64,000 bases of DNA from Bacillales bacterium UBA7581 (GTDB lineage Bacteria; Bacillota_I; Bacilli_A; RFN20; CAG-826), in assembly GCA_002477825.1 (NCBI GenBank), contig DLKT01000060.1, forward strand, positions 16,616-80,615, read 5' to 3'. The position numbers and the translations under genes were made by a program. Position 1 is the stretch's first letter. The number at the start of each line of letters is the position of its first letter. The notes below the pieces were generated by a model, which searched no databases, was not told the origin of the DNA, and saw only the letters and a list, made by a program, of their open reading frames with translations. This document shows, piece by piece, positions 30,957 through 40,668 of the stretch.

Positions 30957-32793
30957 AGTTCACTTCCTCTATTCTTGTTATTTTTTGTCCACTGACAGGA
31001 TCAAATAAATGTAATTTTTCCATATTCACTTTCAGTAAAATATGGGCACCTGAACGAATGATATAATGGTTCGGTACTTTAGCAATTAAATCAGTAGATG
31101 ATAAATCTGAATGCACATAATAGTCACTACCAATGAGTTCCACTATCGTGGTATTCACGTCAATACAAGAGCTTTCTAACTCTCTAACTAAAGTTAAATC
31201 CTCTGGACGAATACCAATTTTCACTGCATGCGGGCCTTTTAAGTATTGTTCATAGGTTTGAATAATCTCTTGAATTTTTTGCTTTTTTTCTTCCATCGTC
31301 GTTGGAATACTTTCGACGGGCTTAGTGCCACTATCCTTATTTTGCGTAAAGGCTTTAAAGGATTGAATCTTTTGTAATTCTAAATCGATGACACTATCTT
31401 CTTTATCGCTTAATATTTCTAAAATACGTTTAAGAATTTTCGTCATCTTTGCTTTAGCAAAAAGGCTATTTTCTTTGATATCTTCTAATGCATCTAATTC
31501 GTCTTGTACCTTGATAGCGACATCTTCCAATAATTCATCGATAGAGAATAAAGACGTTTCTTTTAAAATCTCTTGAGCATCCTTAAGTTCTTTGTTTTTC
31601 ATTTTTAAAAGAAGATTCTCCACTTGCTCTTTCACTTTTAAACTACCTGGATGATGGATTCTTTTTAATAAAGTTTTCCAAAATTCTAGTTTTTGTTTAT
31701 AAAATTCTTGGTGTTGATCTTCTATTCTTTTTGCGTACTCCAATTTTGTACCATCTTCTAAAGTAATGATACCTTGATTATAAGTTCCACTAAAGATATT
31801 CATCGCTGGTGCCCCAATAAAGGTTGCGACGAAGAGATTTTCTGGGTTCATATAGATTTCTCTAGGGGACCCAATTTGTTGAATCCATCCTTTGTTCATA
31901 ACGACAATTTTCGTAGCCATGGTCATGGCTTCGGTTTGGTCATGGGTAACATAAATCGTAGTGGCTCCAACATTTTTATGAATACGAACAATTTCACTTC
32001 GCATGGACACTCTTAATTTCGCATCTAAATTACTTAAAGGTTCATCCATTAAGAAGAGTTTTGAATTTCTCACTAACGCTCTTCCTAAGGCAACACGTTG
32101 CATTTGTCCACCGGATAACTCTTTCGGTTTACGGTCTAAATAGGCGCCTAAATCTAAGAAATTCGCTGCGTTAAACACTTTTTCTTTAATTTCCTTTTCC
32201 GTGTATTTTCGTAAAACATAGATGTGTTCAGGATTCTTTTCTAATTTTTCAATTTCTAATTGTATTTCTTTTCTTTCTTCTACTTTTGTTTCTTCTAAAG
32301 AAGAAAGTTTTTTCTTTAATTCTTCAATTTTTTCATGGTTGATGGCTACAATTGGTTGCTTGGTCTTTTTATCTAACTTAGGTAACCATTCTTTTTTTAC
32401 TCTTAATCCATAACTCATATTTTCGTAAACCGTCATATGGGGATATAAAGCATAAGATTGGAAAACCATAGCGATTCCGCGGTCTTTACTCGGTAAATAG
32501 TTCGCTAATTGTTGATTGATATAAAGATAGCCACTAGAGATTTCTTCGAGTCCAGCAATCATACGTAAAGTGGTCGACTTTCCACATCCAGAAGGTCCTA
32601 CTAAAACAATAAAATCGTGAGGATCAATTTCTAGATTGAAGTTAAAAACAGCTTGTACTTTATTGGGATAAACTTTATTAATTCCTTGTAAAGAAACAAA
32701 GCTTTGAATATTTTCATTACGAAGCATCTTATGATTTTCTTTATATTGTTTTCTTGCTTCCTTCACAGTAATCTTTTTTTCTTTTTTCATCAT
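30940..32793 (-). CDS. Sugar ABC transporter ATP-binding protein (MsmK/MalK family) with an insertion in the helical subdomain
   Basis: GPSGCGKST, LSGGQMQRVALGRA, LFLMDEPLSNLDA and YVTHDQ. About 90 aa of charged coiled-coil-like insert (KKLSSLEETKVEERKEIQLEIEKLEK) between the Q-loop and the signature. Paralogue of 4294-6693. Confidence 0.85.
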   Translation of the reverse strand: MMKKEKKITVKEARKQYKENHKMLRNENIQSFVSLQGINKVYPNKVQAVFNFNLEIDPHDFIVLVGPSGCGKSTTLRMIAGLEEISSGYLYINQQLANYLPSKDRGIAMVFQSYALYPHMTVYENMSYGLRVKKEWLPKLDKKTKQPIVAINHEKIEELKKKLSSLEETKVEERKEIQLEIEKLEKNPEHIYVLRKYTEKEIKEKVFNAANFLDLGAYLDRKPKELSGGQMQRVALGRALVRNSKLFLMDEPLSNLDAKLRVSMRSEIVRIHKNVGATTIYVTHDQTEAMTMATKIVVMNKGWIQQIGSPREIYMNPENLFVATFIGAPAMNIFSGTYNQGIITLEDGTKLEYAKRIEDQHQEFYKQKLEFWKTLLKRIHHPGSLKVKEQVENLLLKMKNKELKDAQEILKETSLFSIDELLEDVAIKVQDELDALEDIKENSLFAKAKMTKILKRILEILSDKEDSVIDLELQKIQSFKAFTQNKDSGTKPVESIPTTMEEKKQKIQEIIQTYEQYLKGPHAVKIGIRPEDLTLVRELESSCIDVNTTIVELIGSDYYVHSDLSSTDLIAKVPNHYIIRSGAHILLKVNMEKLHLFDPVSGQKITRIEEVNYVDLL

Positions 32794-32803
32794 TTTGTCC
32801 TCA

Positions 32804-33670
32804 CTACCTTTTAATACCTGTCATGGATACGCCTTCCACTAAACGATCTTGAATAATACAATAAAGAATAAAAATCGGAATCATGGAAATGACAGAACAC
32901 GCTAATTGGATGCCGACTTTGGTGTAGGATTGATTTCCTTCAATGACTTTAGAAAGTCCAACCGCCAAAGTCCACATCTTTTTATCTGCTTTACCAATGA
33001 TTAATTCAGCCCATTGTAAGTCATTCCATGCGCCTAAGAAACTAAATAAACCTTGTACTAAAAGCGCTGATTTTCCTAAAGGTAAAACAATAGTACGGAA
33101 AATACGGAAGTTACTTGAGCCATCCATTCTTGCATTTTCAATTAAGTCTTTGGGAATACCTAGGAAGAATTGACGAATTAAATAAAGGCCATAAACACCG
33201 CATAATCCCGGTAAAATTAAACCTAACAGATTTTTATTTAATCCCATTTGGATGATGTTCGTAAATTGCGGTACGGTATTGACAATGCCTGGCACGGTCA
33301 TCGTGGCAATTAAAAATCCAAAAAGGATATTCGCGTATTTTAAATCCATAAATACAAAGGCATATGCCGCTAAAGACGCAATCGCTAAATATATAAACGT
33401 TGTGGCTAGAGCGACAATGAAACTATTGATAATCCAGTTGAATACAGGATATTCTTCACTAGAAAAAATAGCAATATAGTTTTGAATCGTCCATGCTTTT
33501 AAATTTGTTGGAAGAAAACTTCCTGGATAGAAGCGTAAATCATTTGCGTCTCTAAACGAAGAGATAACGCCCCAAATGAGTGGAAAAAGTAATAATAAAC
33601 AAACAATCAATAAAACAGCAGAACTAACGTATTTTCCCAGATGCTTTGAACGTTTTAAATTGTTTTGCAT
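32804..33670 (-). CDS. Carbohydrate ABC transporter permease (MalG-like)
   Basis: Paralogue of 8488-9438. ENARMDGSSNFRIFRTIVLPLGKSAL. Start may lie downstream of 33670 because the ORF overlaps the upstream permease by 47 bp. Confidence 0.75.
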   Translation of the reverse strand: MQNNLKRSKHLGKYVSSAVLLIVCLLLLFPLIWGVISSFRDANDLRFYPGSFLPTNLKAWTIQNYIAIFSSEEYPVFNWIINSFIVALATTFIYLAIASLAAYAFVFMDLKYANILFGFLIATMTVPGIVNTVPQFTNIIQMGLNKNLLGLILPGLCGVYGLYLIRQFFLGIPKDLIENARMDGSSNFRIFRTIVLPLGKSALLVQGLFSFLGAWNDLQWAELIIGKADKKMWTLAVGLSKVIEGNQSYTKVGIQLACSVISMIPIFILYCIIQDRLVEGVSMTGIKR

Positions 33671-34622
33671 ACTTATCCCCTCCTTTTCTTTCTTTAGTAA
33701 TTAACATTTGTGCAACCGAAATTAGAGCGATAAATACACCTAAACAAATCGCCATAGCGGAAGTCATTCCGTATACGGCAAAGTTGGTACCTTTTAATTG
33801 GTTTTGAATGACATAAATCACGGTATATACCGAATTTTGGGGTTGAACATAAGAACCTAAAATGTAACATTGACCATAAAGATTCATATATCCACATACC
33901 GTGGTAAATAAGCAAATAATCATTTGATTTTTAATTTGTGGAAAAGTAACATCAAATCGTTGTCTAAATTTACTACAACCATCAATAGCACTTGCTTCAT
34001 ATAATGATTTATCCACATTTTGTAAGGCAGCGGTAAAGATAACAAAGTTGGTGCCTAATCCACCCCAAACACAGAAAAGGATAATGATCATCCATACAGT
34101 AGTTGGGTTTTGTAACCAGTTTACATTGATTTTGAATAGGTTATTAATAAAACCATATTCATTGTTAAACATATTTAAAAAGATAACGCCAGTTGCGGTA
34201 ATAGGAAAAATGCCTGGTAAATAAATAATCGCCCGGTAGATTTTGTATCCTGGTGGTTTGGCATTAATTAATAACGCTAATCCAAGAGGAATCAAAATAC
34301 AAAGAGGGACAATAATTGCGGTGGCCATCAACGTGTTTTTCATACCATTCCAAAAGTCTTTATAATACGATGTATTGGAATCAAAAAGGATCTTTTGATA
34401 ATTTAAAAATCCTCGCCATGAAATATCATTGACATTCGCAATATTATATCGATATAACGACATAATGCACCCCTTAATAAAGGGGTACATGAAAAAGACG
34501 ATAAAAGAAATTAAGTAGGGTGCCATAAATAAAATGGCCAATCCATATTTCTTTAAAAAGCTTGTCGTTTTAGATACGCGTTTGGTATATTCCTCGATGG
34601 TTGTTCTCTTGGATGAAAACAT
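33624..34622 (-). CDS. Carbohydrate ABC transporter permease (MalF-like)
   Basis: Polytopic. EASAIDGCSKFRQRFDVTFPQIKNQMI. Confidence 0.75.
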   Translation of the reverse strand: MFSSKRTTIEEYTKRVSKTTSFLKKYGLAILFMAPYLISFIVFFMYPFIKGCIMSLYRYNIANVNDISWRGFLNYQKILFDSNTSYYKDFWNGMKNTLMATAIIVPLCILIPLGLALLINAKPPGYKIYRAIIYLPGIFPITATGVIFLNMFNNEYGFINNLFKINVNWLQNPTTVWMIIILFCVWGGLGTNFVIFTAALQNVDKSLYEASAIDGCSKFRQRFDVTFPQIKNQMIICLFTTVCGYMNLYGQCYILGSYVQPQNSVYTVIYVIQNQLKGTNFAVYGMTSAMAICLGVFIALISVAQMLITKERKGGDKYAKQFKTFKASGKIR

Positions 34623-34624
34623 AA

Positions 34625-36154
34625 CTACAAGTCCTCACGATCTGAGATTCTAAGCATGCAATCTTGATAATTGGTCTCAAGAATACTACTAATGGTTTTA
34701 CTCTTATAAGTAGAAGCCATCACTTGTTTAATCGCAACTTGATAAGATTCATAGATTTCATCATAGTAAATAGTGGATGGAAGAATTTGATATTGCGTTG
34801 TGCTTCCATAATATTGAACATATTTTTTATAGTATTGGTTATTTAAATATAAATCATCGGAAGATTGCACAATTAAAGAAGCAGGAAGGTGTCCAGCTTG
34901 TGTCCAAACGCCACCACAGTTTTCCGCCAAATAGTTGATGAAGATAGCGGCAGCAATTCTTTCGGTTCTACTCTTACAGGTCTTTACAATTGTAGCGGTA
35001 TGAGAATCACCAAAGATTGCATTAGCGTATGGTTTCGTATTATCTAAAGCAAATAAATTACCAAAATTTAAGATAGCCATGTTTTTTGCACTTCCACCAT
35101 CAGCGGCGTACATACTATCAATTAAAGCAGTATCTTTATAACCACTCCAAGCACCATCTAAATAGAAAGCAGATCCGCCTGAGTGGAATTCAGAAATACC
35201 CGCATCATAGTTTAAATCTGGTTTACTTAAAGCATGACGGTTGACACTGGTTTCCGTTGGCCAGAACCAATCTCTTAAAATTTGTAAGCCTCTTGCCACT
35301 TCTTCGGTATTATAAGCAGGTTTACCTTCATCATTCACTAATTTTCCACCGTTTTGTAAAGCAACGGTTTGAGATAAATAAGCATTGACCCACATATCAC
35401 CAGAAGAAATAGGGAATGGATAATAAGGTCCTTCTAAATCAGGAACATATTTTCTCCATTTATAAACATCATCGGTCGTTACGGCAGAAGAATTATTTCC
35501 TCTTACCCATAATTCACCTTGTTCTGCTTTTTCTACTAAGGTATCACAGACACCCATAAGCTCAACATAATTCGTTGGCATATTGATTCCGTTTTTCTCT
35601 AAAATATCTTTTCTAACGAAAATCATCGTAGAGTCTACAGAAATAGGAAGACCATATAAACGATCACCAACAAAGCAAGCAGAAATTAAATTGGTTTCAA
35701 AATAAGAGGCATCAAAACCAATATTTGCGGTTTCTAAATACGTATCGATAGGCACTAAAATGTCATTATCTTCTAAGGATGCAATTTTTTCACCATAACC
35801 ATAGAAAATATCGGGTGCGTTATCAGGATCTTGGGTTACCGATTGCGCTAAAGCGCCATAAATAGAATAACGTGATTCATGATAAGGATTAATTTTGATT
35901 TGTCCTTTATAAAGCTCGTTAAATTGGTTGATGATTTGATCTTGATACACACTATCCGGATTGGTGCAAACGCTCCACATACTTAATTCAATGTTATCAA
36001 AAACAACATTTCCGTTTTCATCATAAGCGACATCATCAATAGAATCATCCACCCATTCATTTTTGGTAGAACTTGTAGAAGTTGTTCCGCCACAAGCAAT
36101 TAATGATAGAGACGCGATGGATAATGCCATCCATTTGGTAAATCTTTTTTTCAT
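34625..36154 (-). CDS. Extracellular solute-binding lipoprotein of the ABC sugar importer
   Basis: Lipobox SLIACGGTTSTSST. 509 aa. Position is immediately upstream of the permease genes. Confidence 0.7.
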   Translation of the reverse strand: MKKRFTKWMALSIASLSLIACGGTTSTSSTKNEWVDDSIDDVAYDENGNVVFDNIELSMWSVCTNPDSVYQDQIINQFNELYKGQIKINPYHESRYSIYGALAQSVTQDPDNAPDIFYGYGEKIASLEDNDILVPIDTYLETANIGFDASYFETNLISACFVGDRLYGLPISVDSTMIFVRKDILEKNGINMPTNYVELMGVCDTLVEKAEQGELWVRGNNSSAVTTDDVYKWRKYVPDLEGPYYPFPISSGDMWVNAYLSQTVALQNGGKLVNDEGKPAYNTEEVARGLQILRDWFWPTETSVNRHALSKPDLNYDAGISEFHSGGSAFYLDGAWSGYKDTALIDSMYAADGGSAKNMAILNFGNLFALDNTKPYANAIFGDSHTATIVKTCKSRTERIAAAIFINYLAENCGGVWTQAGHLPASLIVQSSDDLYLNNQYYKKYVQYYGSTTQYQILPSTIYYDEIYESYQVAIKQVMASTYKSKTISSILETNYQDCMLRISDREDL

Positions 36155-36172
36155 TTTTTTGTTTCTCCTTTT

Positions 36173-37345
36173 TTAATTAATATAAGGTCCAGGAATTTCA
36201 CCTAAACTAGGATAGGTTTCCTTACAAATAGGGAAGCCTTTTTCATTCCAATAAATTCGGTCAATATATAACGTTCTTGTATTTTGTTGACCAGTAGTTG
36301 AAGCACTTGGATTATAGGCATGATAGACAATCCAATCTAAACCTTTATCATCTTGTACAATTGCACAGTGACCTGGTCCCATACCTCTTTTTAAATGCGG
36401 TTGAATGACCATTGTGCCACGATTCGGTCCATCAATTGCTCTTCCGTTTTGACCTACATAAGGTCCATATAATGTTTCTGAGCGACCCACAACAACGTGA
36501 TAATCAGATTGTAAGCCTGCGCAACATCCGCCCGTCGATAAATACAAATAGTAATAACCATTTTTCTTTTGAATAAAGGAAGCTTCATAGTTATCGTTAT
36601 AATATAAATCAAAGCCAGCAATTTGCACTTTATTTTCTTTTTGTGTTTCTAATCCATCTTTTAACGATAAGCCATCATCGCTGAGTTCCATAATCCAAAT
36701 ACCATCACCACTACCCCATACGCAATAAACGGTTTCTTCTTCAATAAAGACATAGCAGTCAATGGAATTTTTAACGCCTATATCTTTGGAGTCAAAGATT
36801 TTTCCATAATGAGTCCATGGTCCATAAGGGGTTGGGGCACTTGCTACTCCAATTCCGGTGTAGTCCGAATAATAGCCACCTGCTCCTAAGGTATAATAGA
36901 AAACATATTGGTCTTTGATTTTTGCTACAGAAGGTGCCCAAACGCCGCCTTCACCATTATTCCAGCCAATATATTGTTGATAGTTCGGTGTATCTAAAAA
37001 TACCGAGCCACAATATTCCCACGTTTGCATATTACGACTTTTGAAAATAGGACCGGGATCAAAACCATATCCCTTTTCTCCTCTTGTGCAATCAAGTTGG
37101 GTGGAATATAAGTAATAATATCCGTCGTCTCCTCTTAAACAGAAGGGGTCGGCTATTCCTACAAACTCTTTTTCACCATTGGGTTTTAAAAAGACACCGG
37201 GATTCGTAATCATGTTATTGATATCACCAGCATCTTCATAAATGTCAATAGAAGTCACTGAAGTGGAAGGTTCATTTTTTCCACACGCCGCGAATGATAG
37301 AAGCGTGAAGATAAAAATAAAGAAGCGAAATAATTTTTTCATCAA
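36173..37345 (-). CDS. GH43 family glycoside hydrolase lipoprotein
   Basis: Lipobox SFAACGKNEPS. GIADPFCLRGDDGYYYLYST and WAPSVAKIKDQYVFYYTL. Confidence 0.75.
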   Translation of the reverse strand: MMKKLFRFFIFIFTLLSFAACGKNEPSTSVTSIDIYEDAGDINNMITNPGVFLKPNGEKEFVGIADPFCLRGDDGYYYLYSTQLDCTRGEKGYGFDPGPIFKSRNMQTWEYCGSVFLDTPNYQQYIGWNNGEGGVWAPSVAKIKDQYVFYYTLGAGGYYSDYTGIGVASAPTPYGPWTHYGKIFDSKDIGVKNSIDCYVFIEEETVYCVWGSGDGIWIMELSDDGLSLKDGLETQKENKVQIAGFDLYYNDNYEASFIQKKNGYYYLYLSTGGCCAGLQSDYHVVVGRSETLYGPYVGQNGRAIDGPNRGTMVIQPHLKRGMGPGHCAIVQDDKGLDWIVYHAYNPSASTTGQQNTRTLYIDRIYWNEKGFPICKETYPSLGEIPGPYIN

Positions 37346-38553
37346 TACTGTTCCTCCTTCTTTTTCTCTTTTACGATATAAGTTGGGCCTAGATGTTCAT
37401 TAGAAGACGCAACTTTATCTTTTACATAAGGCATGGATGTTTTTTCATCCCATAAAAGTTGATCAATAAATAATGTTCTGGTATTTTTGTTGGAACTCGT
37501 TTGATCATAACCATGATAAACCATCCAATAATCGCCGATATCATCCTTTACAACCGAACAATGTCCGACGCCTGTAGCAAATTCACGATTATTGGTGACG
37601 ACAATATCGCCGTCACCCGATGACATCATGTCATTGCCTAATGAATCTTTAAACCCACCAAGTAAGGATTGGCTTTTGGCCACTACAACATGATAACCAG
37701 CATCAATACCTCCATCCCATCCACCAAGAGATAAGAAGAGATAGTAATAACCATCTTTTTTTACAATGTGCGCGGCTTCAAAGTTATCAATGGAGCCTTG
37801 TACCCAACCCCAACCAGCAATTTTATGCATATTTTCTTTGGCATAAGATAATCCGCCATACATATCAATGCCATCAGGAGACATTTCGGCAACGTAAATT
37901 CCATCACCACTCCCCCAAATCATCCAAACACTGCCATCATCGTCGACAAATACATCTTGATCGGATGAATTATAAACACCAATTTCTTCACTATCGAAAA
38001 CTTTTCCATAGTGCGTCCATGGTCCATAAGGAGTAGGTGCCGTGGCAACACCAATGCCTGGATTATAAGAAGAGCCGGCACTTAATGTATAATAATAATT
38101 ATATTGATCGGCAATTTTTACCACGTTCGGCGCCCATACACCAGGCACAATACCGGCATATTGTTGTCCCCATTTTAAGACATCTTCTTGCCCATCAAAC
38201 ACACTTCCCACATAAGTCCAATTCACTAAGTCAATACTTCTCCAAATGGGGCCATAATCGAAGCGATATCCACTATCATCACCTCTAAAAACGGTTTCGT
38301 TTGTCGAGTATAAATAATAGTAACCATCATCCGCTTTAAGGCAAAAAGGGTCGGCGCAAGGGCCGAAGCCCTTTTCGCCTTTCCCTATATCGAATTGAAT
38401 TGAATTTTTGTAAGTCGTATTTGTATATTGGATATCTGGAGGATTTTCTGTCGTATTACTTGTTGTATTTTCTTCCATTTTACCACACGCACTGATAGAA
38501 ATGGTAGTAAATGCAAGTAAACTCAACAGCGTTAATCTTTTGAAATTCAACAT
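37342..38553 (-). CDS. GH43 family glycoside hydrolase lipoprotein (paralogue of 36173-37345)
   Basis: Lipobox ISACGKMEENTTS. CADPFCLKADDGYYYLYSTNE and WAPNVVKIADQYNYYYTL. Overlaps the downstream gene by 4 bp. Confidence 0.75.
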   Translation of the reverse strand: MLNFKRLTLLSLLAFTTISISACGKMEENTTSNTTENPPDIQYTNTTYKNSIQFDIGKGEKGFGPCADPFCLKADDGYYYLYSTNETVFRGDDSGYRFDYGPIWRSIDLVNWTYVGSVFDGQEDVLKWGQQYAGIVPGVWAPNVVKIADQYNYYYTLSAGSSYNPGIGVATAPTPYGPWTHYGKVFDSEEIGVYNSSDQDVFVDDDGSVWMIWGSGDGIYVAEMSPDGIDMYGGLSYAKENMHKIAGWGWVQGSIDNFEAAHIVKKDGYYYLFLSLGGWDGGIDAGYHVVVAKSQSLLGGFKDSLGNDMMSSGDGDIVVTNNREFATGVGHCSVVKDDIGDYWMVYHGYDQTSSNKNTRTLFIDQLLWDEKTSMPYVKDKVASSNEHLGPTYIVKEKKKEEQY

Positions 38554-38563
38554 ACTTTTCTCC

Positions 38564-40657
38564 TTATTCTATTCCGTAAAATGTAACGTTTCTAAATGTG
38601 CCAGAAGCATAGTTTGCTCCAAAAATAGGATGATAATTTCCAACATAAGAAGTCGTAATATTTAAAACGGCTGTATCATTGAAATATAAGACTAAAGTAG
38701 CACTGGTTTCTGAAGTAATCGTTCTTACTAGTTTATAATGACCTTCAACCGTTGTGCCATCCGCACGAGTCGCACTGTCTTGTGTTTCCCAATAAGTATG
38801 AGCTCCACTACTCCATGTAAAGACACGATAATCGAATGCTTGTGCTCCGTTATTGGTCATCGCGAAGGTATCTGCAACATATGGGCTTTCAATACCGACT
38901 TGACGTAAGGCTACACCGATACGGTTATTATTATCATTTGCATTATCTGAACCCACATCACTTAAATCAAATTCAATGGCGAAGTTTCCTTTTAATAATG
39001 CTTTATCGCCAAGAGGTTTAACAGCAACATTTTGGAAAACGTCTCCTTTTGCTAAACTAAATTCAGAATCACTCACAAAGGTAACGCGACCACTCGTATC
39101 TCCATTAAAGAAGATTTGTTTAAAAGCAGCTGTATTAAGTTTTTCATCAATAGTAGCGTTATCTAAAGTAACAGACCAGTTGGTAATATTAATTTGTGTA
39201 TCTTTAGTAATAATCGTTGGATAAGTATTCACATCATGGAATTTATCACTGATTTCAAACCAATATAATTTGTTATTTAATAAATAGTAATAGTTATCTC
39301 CATCTCTTAAAATGCCTAATTTTAAATCCGAAGGATCCATGGTGCTAATACCATTGGCTTGCCAAATCATGGATTGAGCGGTAATTGCACCCCAACCATT
39401 AGGAACGTCCATCATTACGGTCTTTTGTCCTTCTTTTGGTGAGAAGAAGAATGCTCTTGCATGTCCGTCTGCGTCATCGGTTGCAGAACCGATACCAAAT
39501 CTTGCCCAACCATCGTTAGAACTTCCGATCATCGAGACACTCGCTTCTGCATAATATCTTGTACCACTTGCATTAAACATTGCAAAGGCGTGTGGGTTAT
39601 CGGTATCACTTACTGCACTCGTTTGAAGATAAGGTTCATCTTTATCATTCATATGAGAATAATCAACATTTTTCGCATATCCTTCTTTATTAATTAAGAA
39701 ATCTGGACGAATAGCCGTAAAGGAATATGTACCAAAGATTTCTTCTTTAACTAAAGATGCGACTTTAATGGTTACGGTTCCATCTTTTAATACACTAACG
39801 GTATTTCCTTCAATGGAAGCGGCATCGCTAGGATCAATAGTCACTTGTACATTTTCATCAGCGGTGCTTGGTAAAATGGTATAGTCTAATTCAAAAGAAG
39901 TACCAACATAATAAGAGGTTTTTGTATTGTTAATCGTAATAGAAGTTGGCGCTGCTTTTAAGACTTGGATAGTTAATTCATCTTTGACTTTATCATCGAA
40001 TTTTGAAACCACACTAATGGTAGCAGAACCATCTTTTAAAAGTTTAATTTTGTTTTCTTTCATTTCTAAAACAGTAGAATCACTAATTTCAACTTTAACA
40101 TCTTCTTTGCATTCTGTTGGTGTAACAGTATAGCTAAGTTCAAATTCATCACCTACACGTCCTGAAGTGAAATCTTTATTAATTTCAATTTTGGTAGGGA
40201 CTTTTTTAGAAACTTCAAAAGTAATTTCATCTTTCACTGTTTCATTACTTGCACTGCTTGCTGTAATGGTAACTGAACCATCACTTAAGAAATTAACAAG
40301 TCCTGTGTCAGAAACCGTAGCGACGGTTGCACTACTGGTCTTATACACTAATGTTGTATCTGCATTTTCTCCAGTCGTCGTTAATTTTGTATTAATTTGA
40401 ACGGAATCACCCACAAAATATTTGGTGGTTTCATTGGTAATTTTTACTTCTGTAACCTTTGGGGTTTCTACCGTTGTCGTTGGCGTTACCGTCGTTGTTG
40501 GTGTCACCGTAGTAGTCGGTGGCACTGTCGTTGTTGGGGTTACGGTAGTAGGTGTCGTGTTTGAACTAGAAGATGGTTGATTTCCACAAGAAGTTAAAAG
40601 ACCTGCTGTACCTAAAATCGTTCCTAAAATCGTACCGAATAAAGTAATTTTTTTCAT
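38564..40657 (-). CDS. Surface lipoprotein with a Thr/Pro-rich repeat linker, BIG2-like domains and the PKFG/LRDG-YY domain (possible glycan-binding protein)
   Basis: Lipobox LLTSCGNQPSSSS. Linker TTVTPTTTVPPTTTVTPTTTVTPTTTVETP. Ig-like VSDTGLVNFLSDGSVTITASS. Domain ARFGIGSATDD...GILRDGDNYYYLL. Confidence 0.6.
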   Translation of the reverse strand: MKKITLFGTILGTILGTAGLLTSCGNQPSSSSNTTPTTVTPTTTVPPTTTVTPTTTVTPTTTVETPKVTEVKITNETTKYFVGDSVQINTKLTTTGENADTTLVYKTSSATVATVSDTGLVNFLSDGSVTITASSASNETVKDEITFEVSKKVPTKIEINKDFTSGRVGDEFELSYTVTPTECKEDVKVEISDSTVLEMKENKIKLLKDGSATISVVSKFDDKVKDELTIQVLKAAPTSITINNTKTSYYVGTSFELDYTILPSTADENVQVTIDPSDAASIEGNTVSVLKDGTVTIKVASLVKEEIFGTYSFTAIRPDFLINKEGYAKNVDYSHMNDKDEPYLQTSAVSDTDNPHAFAMFNASGTRYYAEASVSMIGSSNDGWARFGIGSATDDADGHARAFFFSPKEGQKTVMMDVPNGWGAITAQSMIWQANGISTMDPSDLKLGILRDGDNYYYLLNNKLYWFEISDKFHDVNTYPTIITKDTQINITNWSVTLDNATIDEKLNTAAFKQIFFNGDTSGRVTFVSDSEFSLAKGDVFQNVAVKPLGDKALLKGNFAIEFDLSDVGSDNANDNNNRIGVALRQVGIESPYVADTFAMTNNGAQAFDYRVFTWSSGAHTYWETQDSATRADGTTVEGHYKLVRTITSETSATLVLYFNDTAVLNITTSYVGNYHPIFGANYASGTFRNVTFYGIE

Positions 40658-40668
40658 TGTTTTTCTCC

